This document shows positions 7,912-16,011 of a DNA stretch of 16,829 nucleotides, in pieces (positions within the stretch are counted from its first letter, which is position 1; each line of letters opens with the position of its first letter). This DNA is from Candidatus Sumerlaeales bacterium (GTDB taxonomy: Bacteria; Sumerlaeota; Sumerlaeia; Sumerlaeales; Sumerlaeaceae): assembly GCA_038243585.1 (NCBI GenBank), contig JBBSQY010000062.1, forward strand, positions 1 to 16,829. The letters run 5' to 3'. A program made the translations under genes and the position numbers. Below the pieces are notes generated by a model. The model ran no database searches, had not been told where the DNA came from, and saw only the letters and a program-made list of their open reading frames with translations.

Positions 7912-8234
7912 GGCGCGGACGGAGCGGAATATTGCTTCAATGGTTGCTTGTCACCGTTTTACTTTGTCACACCGCCTTTGCGGGCGCTGTCGTTCGGGTG
8001 TCGGCAGAAATTCTGGGCATGGGGCAGGGTGGCCAGGGCGGGATTACCTGGGTTGCCGTCACCCTGAGCAACACCACGTCTCGGCCCGCGGAGGGTCAGA
8101 TTGAGTTCAACGGGTACGGATTAGGTGGCACCCGCATGGCCATCATAAAAGTTGGCTTAATACCACCGGGGTCAACCCAGACCCTGAATGTTCCGATTCC
8201 GATTATTACAGTAAGCGGGGGTGTGTTTCGGTAA
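7908..8234 (+). CDS. N-terminal fragment of the interrupted membrane protein (signal peptide plus beta-rich domain)
   Basis: ATGA overlap with the moxR stop; signal-peptide-like MRRGRSGILLQWLLVTVLLCHTAFA; WVAVTLSN...EGQIEF. Confidence 0.5.
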   Translation: MRRGRSGILLQWLLVTVLLCHTAFAGAVVRVSAEILGMGQGGQGGITWVAVTLSNTTSRPAEGQIEFNGYGLGGTRMAIIKVGLIPPGSTQTLNVPIPIITVSGGVFR

Positions 8235-8327
8235 AAAAACGGCGACATATCCACGCTCAATCTGAGTTCCAATTACGGCGGCCCTCATCGACTCACTTAC
8301 CTTTATGCATCCGATCCATCCAACCAG

Positions 8328-9677
8328 TTGACCGATGATGAATTAGACGCTTTCACCTACACAATCGCGCCAGATACCGCGAGCTCGCTTTCTTATCCAA
8401 GTGCCTCCAGCACTACGAGAACACTATCGTCTTCCGAGCGCGCGATTTCGCAGACATCTACAGATGCTTTGCCGGATAACTGGCTTTGTTATACCCCGTT
8501 TAAAACAGTAATAATGACGGCTTCCGCTCATAACCGACTGACGGCTCCCCGACGGCAGGCCATAGACACCTGGCTCGCGCTGGGCGGTAACCTGATCCTT
8601 TTTGGCGAAGAGGAATTGACAACTAAGACTGCGGAACGGGGTCAGATTATCCGAACGACCACGAATCCTGTTCTCGCCGACGGCTACATTGCTATGTGGC
8701 CGCATGAACCGTTTGGCATCGCTGAAAAAGTTTCCGGCCTTCCCATGCCGTACCGGGTATCGACGGCTGGAGGGAGAACCGGGGCGTTTATATTGGCGAC
8801 CCTTTTTCTTATCGTGGTGGGCCCCATCAACTACTGGTATTTTTCGCGGCGAAACGACATACGTAAACTTCTTGTCACCGTGCCGCTTTTATCTCTGGGC
8901 TTCTGCTCGCTGATCGCGGGATATTTCGTAATAACCCAGGGGTTCAATCGCAAAGGCGGGTCGCTGAGTGTGACAACGGTTGACGAGAAAACCAATCGCG
9001 CCGTCACCATAGCGAAGCATTCGCTCCTGTCCGGCCTTTATCCCCTGGGAGGGTTCCATTTCAGCAGGGACACTTATCTCCTTCCCAAAAATCATGAACA
9101 GCGAGATTCTGCGCAGTTGGATTTGACACGGGAAATCGTGTTGGAGTCGGGACTGTTTCAACCGGGTATTCCGTTTGACTACTCGACGATCAAGCCGTTC
9201 ACGACGCGCGAGCGCATGATCTACGATGCGGGCACCGGAATGGTGCGGAACGGGTTTGAACTGCCGGTAAAAGCGGTGGCGCTGTTGCATAGCGGACATT
9301 ACTATACAGGCGGCGCGGCAGCCTCTGGCGAACAGGTCAAACTGGAAGTCGTGGATGACAGCGAAGCAGCGGCAATGAAACCGCAGGAGCAGACGCAGGG
9401 GCACAGCGCGGCAGCAGAGCGTATGGTGCGATTGCTGGGTCGGCAGTTAATGGACACCGAGGAGATGGAAGCGGCCGCAAGCCTGGCGGCCGTGGTGATG
9501 GACTATCCCGAGGAGACTAGCGAAACCCTGTATATGGCTCTGCTGGACGGATTGCCGAAAAGCGCAGAATCTGGTGTTGAGATTTCTGATGGACGCAATT
9601 TGCACCTGGTGATTGGGCGGCCGGGAGCCGGAGAGGTCGGAACGCTGCCTGAAGACGAGGGGGGCGAAACAAAATGA
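8328..9677 (+). CDS. C-terminal fragment of the interrupted membrane protein (two TM helices)
   Basis: 449-codon ORF with a TTG start and no evident SD; contains the VVGPINY TM hairpin typical of membrane proteins in MoxR/ABC/vWA clusters. Confidence 0.55.
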   Translation: MTDDELDAFTYTIAPDTASSLSYPSASSTTRTLSSSERAISQTSTDALPDNWLCYTPFKTVIMTASAHNRLTAPRRQAIDTWLALGGNLILFGEEELTTKTAERGQIIRTTTNPVLADGYIAMWPHEPFGIAEKVSGLPMPYRVSTAGGRTGAFILATLFLIVVGPINYWYFSRRNDIRKLLVTVPLLSLGFCSLIAGYFVITQGFNRKGGSLSVTTVDEKTNRAVTIAKHSLLSGLYPLGGFHFSRDTYLLPKNHEQRDSAQLDLTREIVLESGLFQPGIPFDYSTIKPFTTRERMIYDAGTGMVRNGFELPVKAVALLHSGHYYTGGAAASGEQVKLEVVDDSEAAAMKPQEQTQGHSAAAERMVRLLGRQLMDTEEMEAAASLAAVVMDYPEETSETLYMALLDGLPKSAESGVEISDGRNLHLVIGRPGAGEVGTLPEDEGGETK

Positions 9678-9743
9678 TAATATTGCGAGTCATGAGTTTC
9701 GATAAAACAGGGAAAGGAGTCCGGCTCAAGCCGGCGGTTCGCC

Positions 9744-10685
9744 ATGCTTGAGGTTCGGAATCTTCGGAAGCGGTTTGGGAATACCTGGGCGGTCAATGGA
9801 TTAGATTTCACGCTGACGCCTGGTCGGATATATGCTTTTGTGGGGCCGAATGGTGCGGGCAAAACCACCACCATGCGCATGATTGCCACGCTGGACGAGC
9901 CCACATCCGGTTCTATTTATGTGGACGGAAAATCGGTGCAGGAAGAACCGTATGCCATTCGCCGGATGATCGGTTATATGCCTGATCACTATGGCATTTA
10001 CCCCGATCTGACCATCCGGGATTACCTGGAATTTTATGCACGGGCCTATTCCATCCCGCGCGACGTTCGCCAGAGCCGGATCAACAATATCATGGAGTTT
10101 ACAGGTTTGGACCGCATCGACGGCAAGAAGGTGGACGCGCTGAGCAAGGGGATGATGCAGCGGCTGAACATGGGTCGCGGCCTACTGAATGATCCTAAAA
10201 TCCTGGTGCTGGACGAGCCAGCGGCGGGCCTTGATCCGCGCGCGCGCATTGAACTGCGGTTTTTGCTGAAACAGCTTGCCGCCCAGGGGCGCACCATTTT
10301 TATCAGTTCCCACATCTTAACGGAACTGGCGGAGATGTGCGACGAAATGTTGATCATCGACAAGGGTCGCCAGGTGATGTTCGGCACCGTTGACCAGATC
10401 CAGGCGGGGATGCAGGAGTCGGTCGAAATCAGCATGAAGCTGTTGGATCCGGGGATACACGCGACACGCCTGGAAACCTGGCTGATGGAACAGCCCCGCG
10501 TCTCCGAGCTGACAATCGGCGATAATGGCAACATCCGCCTCGCCTATCCCGGCGACCGCCATCTTTGCGCGGACCTGCTTTCCGGCATCGTGACCGCCGG
10601 GTTTCCCATTATTGAGTTTCGGCCGGTGCTGCTTTCCATGGAAGAAGTTTTCATGCAGATCACCGAAAGCGAGATCACCGAATGA
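9744..10685 (+). CDS. ABC transporter ATP-binding protein (ABC-2/drug-exporter type)
   Basis: Walker A GPNGAGKTT, signature LSKGMMQR, Walker B/D-loop ILVLDEPAAGLDP, H-loop ISSHIL, C-terminal SMEEVFM. Confidence 0.95.
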   Translation: MLEVRNLRKRFGNTWAVNGLDFTLTPGRIYAFVGPNGAGKTTTMRMIATLDEPTSGSIYVDGKSVQEEPYAIRRMIGYMPDHYGIYPDLTIRDYLEFYARAYSIPRDVRQSRINNIMEFTGLDRIDGKKVDALSKGMMQRLNMGRGLLNDPKILVLDEPAAGLDPRARIELRFLLKQLAAQGRTIFISSHILTELAEMCDEMLIIDKGRQVMFGTVDQIQAGMQESVEISMKLLDPGIHATRLETWLMEQPRVSELTIGDNGNIRLAYPGDRHLCADLLSGIVTAGFPIIEFRPVLLSMEEVFMQITESEITE

Positions 10686-12295
10686 GGGCGCTTATAAACT
10701 TCTTTGGCGACAACGCGATGTTTTACAAAGACATCACGCAGTGGATGCGCAACCGCACATTTGCCTCGCTGTTTTTCGGGTTACTTCTGGTGGCAGAGGC
10801 GTTGTCGCTGTTCATCATCGCCGGCAGCGATGATATTGCGAACCCCGGCGTGTCGATGTTTTACACGCTTTACCTGGTGCTGATCATCTACGCGCTGCTG
10901 ATCGCATACATGGGGAACGGCCTGACGTCGCGCGAATTCGTAAACCGCACATTCGAACTATTTGAACTGTCGGGGATGAGCCTTGAGCGGATGGTCGGCG
11001 GCAAAATACTGTCCATGCTCTACCAGTTTTTCTTTGGTTTTTTCTGCCTGGTACCATTTATGTTTTTTGCGTACTTCCTGGGTGGCCTTGACTTTGTCGA
11101 GATGCTGGTGGGCGTGGTGATGATGGGGATTCTGGCATTGCCGCTGTACCTGGCGAGCCTGCTGGCGGCATTGACCGGTCGCTTTAAACAGATTGCGATT
11201 TTGGCAAAGCTTGCATCGGTATTTACGATTACCATGTTTAGTGTGTTTGCGGTTGTTTCGTTTTTTACGAACGAGCCGATCATGCAAGAGATCGTTCGGG
11301 AACTTACGGATTTCCTGAAGCAGCTTTTTAACGGGTCAGTCGAGGCGCTGGTTATGTTTGTGATCAGCATTGCAGTTTATGTGCAGGTCTGCCTGTTAAC
11401 TTTTTATTTCTGTTGCGACAGTATCGCCCGCGAAAGCGATAGCCGAGAGATTCCCATTAAAGTTCTGATTAGTTTTCTGGTGATTTCGTGGATGGCCTTC
11501 TGCGGGGCTGAGATAAACTTTACGGGAAATGCGAACGCTTATTATATGGTCGCACCTGTGTTCCTGTCGCTGCTGGCCCTTGGGGCGCGAACATTTTATA
11601 ATCGCGCGAGCGTGCCGCCAATAGTCGCGAGGAAGTATGCCGGGGCAAAAGGGTTTAACGCCTTATTTTTCTGGTTGTTAAAACCGGGGATCCAAGGCAG
11701 TGTTCGCACGCTGTTTACGCTGATAGCGTTGGCGATTATTACAGGTGCAGGTGCCGTTTACCTTATGCCGATCGCCCTTGGAGGCAGTGCCTTGGGGGGC
11801 GGGTCCACGCTGGGGAGAGAGCTGTGGAGCGGGTTTTCGCTGCTTGTGCAGATTCCCTGGTTTCTGGCGATTCCTCATATGCTTTTTGCGAAGAACCGCG
11901 AACTGCGATACAACTATGCGGGGCAGCGGACAATCGCCGTGGCATGGTGGGTGGTGCTGGGGGCCCTAGTCATGATTTTTCTGGCCTGGACAAAATCCTC
12001 TATTTTCGTATCTTCAGTAAACCCAAACAGCCTTCTGGATATATTTATGGTCACTCTGCTGTCTCCCTTACCATCGCTGCTGATAGTTGGATCTGAAGAT
12101 ATTATGCTGTTTGAATTCGGAAGCTTTATCAGAATTGGATCTGGCATTGTAGGGGCCCTCCTCATGTTGGCCCATATGCGCGGGGTGGTGCGAGAGGAAG
12201 CCCGCGCGACTGAGGACAACCAGGGGCCGACGACGGGCGAGGATTCGTCGGACGGGGGAGCGACAAATCAGGCATTAAGTGATGCTGCTCAATGA
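10682..12295 (+). CDS. ABC-2-type permease-like polytopic membrane protein (extended, ~12 TM)
   Basis: ATGA overlap with the ABC ATPase; motif GLTSREFVNRTFELFELSGMSLERMVGGKIL resembles the ABC-2 'E.E..TLELL..T.LS...IV.GK' motif; many hydrophobic helices. Confidence 0.8.
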   Translation: MRALINFFGDNAMFYKDITQWMRNRTFASLFFGLLLVAEALSLFIIAGSDDIANPGVSMFYTLYLVLIIYALLIAYMGNGLTSREFVNRTFELFELSGMSLERMVGGKILSMLYQFFFGFFCLVPFMFFAYFLGGLDFVEMLVGVVMMGILALPLYLASLLAALTGRFKQIAILAKLASVFTITMFSVFAVVSFFTNEPIMQEIVRELTDFLKQLFNGSVEALVMFVISIAVYVQVCLLTFYFCCDSIARESDSREIPIKVLISFLVISWMAFCGAEINFTGNANAYYMVAPVFLSLLALGARTFYNRASVPPIVARKYAGAKGFNALFFWLLKPGIQGSVRTLFTLIALAIITGAGAVYLMPIALGGSALGGGSTLGRELWSGFSLLVQIPWFLAIPHMLFAKNRELRYNYAGQRTIAVAWWVVLGALVMIFLAWTKSSIFVSSVNPNSLLDIFMVTLLSPLPSLLIVGSEDIMLFEFGSFIRIGSGIVGALLMLAHMRGVVREEARATEDNQGPTTGEDSSDGGATNQALSDAAQ

Positions 12296-13218
12296 GGATA
12301 ATGCAACGCGAGGCAGGGCGGGCATATCGGTCGCTCTTTACGATCGGGCGGGAGCCTATGCTACTTCCTGATTTTCCCACTCGTGGGCAGGTGGAGGCGC
12401 TGGCGGATAAATATACGCTGGCGCTGCCGCACGCCATTCATTCGCCGCGGTCGGGCGAACTGGCAGGACGGCGGACGGGCAGCTCTGTCGAATATCAGGA
12501 CCGTAAGGATTTCACCGCCGGGGACGATCTTCGTCACGTGGACTGGCGCGGCTACGCCCGCAGCGATCGCATGACCGTCAAACTCTACCGCGAAGAAATT
12601 ATGCCGCGCATCGACATCGTTATCGACGGGTCGGCCTCCATGGAAGTTACGCCCGGTAAGGCCCTCCGGCGGCTGGAGATGGCCTATCTGTTCTGGCTGC
12701 TGGCGCGGCATCTTCACGGGCAAACGCAATGCTGGCTCGCAGGCAACGGACCACTGCGCCTTTTGTCGCACCCCCTGGACATCGCAAAATTCCCCACCTC
12801 CCAGTTTGAAAATCCACTGCCGAATCTGCGCGGCAGTCAGGTGTCGCGGCCCGGCGGCATTCGCGTCTTTATTTCCGACCTGCTTTACGCTTTTGATCCC
12901 GCGCAGCTTGAAACGACCCTTGGCCGGTGCGACCGTTTGTTGGTGGTACAGGTGCTTTCCGCTTTCGAAGAAAACCCCGGCGAAGGACTGACGGCGGGGG
13001 GGATGGTGCGGCTGATGAACGCCGAGGCGGACGAGTATCTGGACGTGCGCCTGGACGACGCGACAGTGGCGCAATACCGGAAACGGCTGCTGGCGCTCCA
13101 GGCAGATTTATCCCAGCGGCTGGCGATGCGTGGGGGCGCGCTGGCGATCACCCGCGACGACGAAACCCTGGAGTCCGCCTGCCGCAATCTGCACCGCGTG
13201 GGAATGCTTGCGATATGA
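12292..13218 (+). CDS. DUF58 domain protein (MoxR-associated, vWA-like)
   Basis: GSSVEYQDRKDFTAGDDLRHVDWRGYARSDRMTVKLYREE, MIDAS-like IDGSASM, and FISDL. Start at 12292 by ATGA overlap; alternative ATG 12358 has a GGGAG SD. Confidence 0.92.
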   Translation: MRIMQREAGRAYRSLFTIGREPMLLPDFPTRGQVEALADKYTLALPHAIHSPRSGELAGRRTGSSVEYQDRKDFTAGDDLRHVDWRGYARSDRMTVKLYREEIMPRIDIVIDGSASMEVTPGKALRRLEMAYLFWLLARHLHGQTQCWLAGNGPLRLLSHPLDIAKFPTSQFENPLPNLRGSQVSRPGGIRVFISDLLYAFDPAQLETTLGRCDRLLVVQVLSAFEENPGEGLTAGGMVRLMNAEADEYLDVRLDDATVAQYRKRLLALQADLSQRLAMRGGALAITRDDETLESACRNLHRVGMLAI

Positions 13219-15014
13219 TATTTCTGAATCCGTTGGGCCTGCTGGCGCTTCTGGCCATTCCTATTATCCTGGGTTTGCATTTTTTTCGACAACAGAAAAA
13301 ATCCCGTCGAGTGGGCGGGCTGCATCTGTGGGATTTTGCGCGAATCGCCACACCGGCGGGTCGTCGTTTTGAACGGCTCCGGAACAGCCTGCCGTTACTT
13401 TATCAGCTTCTTGCAGCGTTGCTGGTGGCGCTGCTTCTTGCCGGACTGGACTTTCCCATCAAAAATTCCGCGCGACATTTTTCCATCATTATCGACGACA
13501 GCGTGAGTATGCAGGCGCGAGTTGATGGCAGCGTGGCGGCGAGGCGAGCCGTGGATGAGCTTACGGAATGGGCGCAGCCAGGTGATCGGTTTACGGTGGT
13601 GGCGGCGTCGAACAGGCCGGTTGTTTTGGCTGGGCCTTCGGCAAACAAAGCGGAGCTGGTCAGGGCGCTGGCAAAGTGGTCTCCTCGTTCGACCGCTGCC
13701 AATCTTGACGAGGCGGTTAACATCGCAGCGAAGTTTGGCGCGAAAAACAGCCGCATTTTACTGGTCACGGATAACCCCGAAAGCGCAAAACATCTGAAGT
13801 ATAGCGTTACTATCTGGGGTGTAGGCCGCGCGGCGCCGAACAACGGAATTATCTTCGCCGACAGATTCCGCGTTTCAGATGACGCCGAAAAAATCGTGGC
13901 GACGGTTCAACGATTCGGCGGCGGAGCCGCGCAGGAAACGCTGACGGTTTATCATGGCGAGCAGGCGCTCACATCTACAAAAATTGATCTTGAAACAAGC
14001 AGACCGGTTTCTGTGGAACTGGATTTACCTGCGCTGGATACTTCGCTCCGCCTGGCCATTACATCCGGCGATCCGCTGGCGGTGGATGACTCTCTTATCC
14101 TGGCGCCGGTCACGATCAAGCCGGTAAACGTTTACATAGCTGAGGGGCTGCCACGACGAGATACCTTTGTTAAAGCGGCAAGCGCGGTAAAGGACGTTTT
14201 ATTTGCGCCGACGGTGGCCGAGGCAGACTTGGTATTTACCAATGACGCGAACGAAGCGGCGAGGGGGCGGCGGAGTTATTTGTTTGCAGCGGCGGAGTCG
14301 ACGGAGAGCCTTCGCATCGCCACGGGCCGCGACCTGGTAACGGGTGAGGATTCCGCCATCGCAAATAATTTGAGCCTGGCGGGAGTGACGTGGCCGTTCG
14401 ACGGCGACGCCGTTGCAGACGCCCGTACGGCGCTGCGTGCGGATATTTCTTACACCAGCATCCCCCTGGTTTACGCGGAGCGAAGCACCAGCGCGTCGGT
14501 TCATTACCGGGTGAATCTGGCCCTGGATGCGACTAACATTTTCAGGCAGCCGGCGTGGCCCGTGCTAATTATGAACATGATCGAAGAGTGCCGGGCGGCG
14601 CTGCCGGGGCTGTCGCGGGTGAACCTGCGGGCGGGCGAGGAGGTACGGTTGAACCTGGAACCGGATCCGGCGGTGGACCAGGTATTTACCCTGTGGCGCG
14701 AGGCGGAGGCGCAGCCTACGCAAACGTGGCGAAGTGAACCGCCGGCGATGCTGGCGGGGCTGCCTCCGGGCACGTACAGAATAAGGCAGGGGGATGCGGC
14801 GGAGTCGCCTGCGTTGGCGATGTTTCGTGTTAACTTGTTTAGCCAGGCGGAGAGCGATTTACGCCCGCTATCAACGGTGAAGCCGGATCTCAGCCGGTTA
14901 TCCGCAGATGAAACGGAACGCACGGAGCGGAATTATCTTTTATATTACGCCATGATGGCGGGATTGATCGGGTGTGTCGTCCTCGGGTGGGTTTATCATG
15001 ACGCAGGGCATTAA
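13215..15014 (+). CDS. BatA-type N-terminal double-TM plus vWA domain protein with a C-terminal TM anchor
   Basis: True start is ATG 13215 (ATGA overlap with the DUF58 stop): MIFLNPLGLLALLAIPIILGLHFF...LPLLYQLLAALLVALLLAG. MIDAS IIIDDSVSM, then ILLVTD, ESDL and a C-terminal hydrophobic helix; 599 aa. Confidence 0.9.
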   Translation: MIFLNPLGLLALLAIPIILGLHFFRQQKKSRRVGGLHLWDFARIATPAGRRFERLRNSLPLLYQLLAALLVALLLAGLDFPIKNSARHFSIIIDDSVSMQARVDGSVAARRAVDELTEWAQPGDRFTVVAASNRPVVLAGPSANKAELVRALAKWSPRSTAANLDEAVNIAAKFGAKNSRILLVTDNPESAKHLKYSVTIWGVGRAAPNNGIIFADRFRVSDDAEKIVATVQRFGGGAAQETLTVYHGEQALTSTKIDLETSRPVSVELDLPALDTSLRLAITSGDPLAVDDSLILAPVTIKPVNVYIAEGLPRRDTFVKAASAVKDVLFAPTVAEADLVFTNDANEAARGRRSYLFAAAESTESLRIATGRDLVTGEDSAIANNLSLAGVTWPFDGDAVADARTALRADISYTSIPLVYAERSTSASVHYRVNLALDATNIFRQPAWPVLIMNMIEECRAALPGLSRVNLRAGEEVRLNLEPDPAVDQVFTLWREAEAQPTQTWRSEPPAMLAGLPPGTYRIRQGDAAESPALAMFRVNLFSQAESDLRPLSTVKPDLSRLSADETERTERNYLLYYAMMAGLIGCVVLGWVYHDAGH

Positions 15015-15183
15015 TCCAGACAACGCCGGCTTTAAGCTCAACCCGGATTATGACCTGTTTCATTGGAGAACTTATTATGCGGACTACCCAATCGTGCTAA
15101 CTACGCGCCGAAGTTGAGCGTCGCGGTTTAGAAAGCCAGAAAGTTTAAACAGCCTGAAGATGCGATATTACAGCACCCTTTAT

Positions 15184-15269
15184 AGCGCCGAAGGTGCGAT
15201 TTTATACCAGCCCAGGGCAACGCCCTGGGTTTTAGCGCCCTTATTTAAGGGCCAACGGCCCGATTTATA
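15184..15269. repeat. Left REP-like composite palindrome (three hairpins)
   Basis: AG-CGCC-GAA-GGTGC-GATTTTATACCAG-CCCAGGGC-AAC-GCCCTGGG...AGGGCC-AAC-GGCCC-GATTTATA; ends 2 nt from the tnpA stop. Confidence 0.85.
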
Positions 15270-15271
15270 TC

Positions 15272-15724
15272 TCAGTCCCACACATACCGCTCATCAAAGT
15301 CCATCCCGTACGCCTGGAGGTACCGGCGATATTCCTCCTGGAACGTCACCTTTTCATGATGTTCTTTCTGTCGATCAATGTATTTGATAAGATCCTCTCG
15401 GTCATTTGGACTGAGCGAAAATGCTCCATAGCCCTTCTGCCAGGCGAAATTTTGCAGGCCCGGCGCTTTCGTTTTTATCCATTTCGAGGACGAGGTTTTC
15501 AACTCCTCTATTAACTCCGCGATCTTGATGGTTCGAGCGAGACGAATCGCCAGATGCACATGGTCTTCGACACCACCTGTACGGTAACACTCACAATTGA
15601 CATTGCGCGCAACAGTTGAAAGATAGGCATGTAACTCTGGCTGAAGGGCACTGGTTATTAAAGGTGCACGATCCTTGGTACTGAAAATAATATGCACCAA
15701 AACAAACGCTAAAGACTGCGGCAT
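15272..15724 (-). CDS. tnpA: IS200/IS605-superfamily Y1 tyrosine transposase TnpA (RAYT-like)
   Basis: Start at ATG 15724: MPQSLAFVLVHIIFSTKDR; HUH motif EDHVHL, LKTSSSKW, FAWQKGYGAFS, catalytic helix KYIDRQKEHH, ends DERYVWD; 150 aa and intact. Confidence 0.93.
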   Translation of the reverse strand: MPQSLAFVLVHIIFSTKDRAPLITSALQPELHAYLSTVARNVNCECYRTGGVEDHVHLAIRLARTIKIAELIEELKTSSSKWIKTKAPGLQNFAWQKGYGAFSLSPNDREDLIKYIDRQKEHHEKVTFQEEYRRYLQAYGMDFDERYVWD

Positions 15725-15814
15725 AAATGTTAAAGCTCCCAGAAGATGATGAATCAAATTTAACCGCCGACAAAGATGATCAAGCCCAAATTACGTCAAC
15801 CTTAGTCGATCCGC

Positions 15815-15900
15815 TATAAATCGGGCCTTTGGCCCTGAATCCCGGTCGATTTAAACCCAGGCTGTTGGCCTGGGCTGGTATAGATCGGGCCATTGGCCCT
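15815..15900. repeat. Right REP-like composite palindrome, an inverted copy of 15184-15269
   Basis: Reverse complement reads AGGGCC-AAT-GGCCC-GATCTATACCAG-CCCAGGCC-AAC-AGCCTGGG...AGGGCC-AAA-GGCCC-GATTTATA. Confidence 0.85.
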
Positions 15901-16011
15901 ATTGAAGGAAACGGATGATATGAAGAATTTCACCCCAAATAAAAGTGGTGCCTTGGGCAGGTGTGGAACCGCGTCTTCAGAACTCAAAATTAACGATCCT
16001 GGGAGCAGGAT

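Larger units (their letters stand above)
7908..9677 (+). pseudogene. MoxR-operon membrane-anchored protein (~589 aa) interrupted by one in-frame TAA at 8232-8234 (nonsense allele or sequencing error)
   Basis: ORFs 7908-8234 and 8328-9677 are in the same frame, and 8235-8327 is open (KNGDISTLNLSSNYGGPHRLTYLYASDPSNQ). The joined product has a signal peptide, a beta-rich N-domain, an LPDNWLCY...IDTWLALGGNLIL domain, a TM hairpin (FLIVVGPINYWYF...LLVTVPLLSLGF) and a soluble C-domain. Confidence 0.7.
15184..15900 (-). mobile_element. Solo Y1 (HUH) transposase element with inverted REP-like flanks (IS200-like / REPtron-like); outer boundaries uncertain
   Basis: A tnpA gene with no tnpB, bracketed by imperfect ~86-bp inverted repeats, lying antisense within an otherwise tightly coupled operon and visibly more AT-rich than it. 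Confidence 0.7.

Noticed and set aside
9710..9734. G GGA AAG slippery heptamer followed by a hairpin, as a possible -1 frameshift signal
   Set aside because: The heptamer is phased in a frame closed by upstream stops (9675, 9693), and a -1 shift would lead out of, not into, the ATPase frame.
12927..13214. ORF-track N-terminal extension of the BatA-vWA gene
   Set aside because: It overlaps DUF58 in another frame; the BatA motif begins at ATG 13215 with an ATGA overlap.
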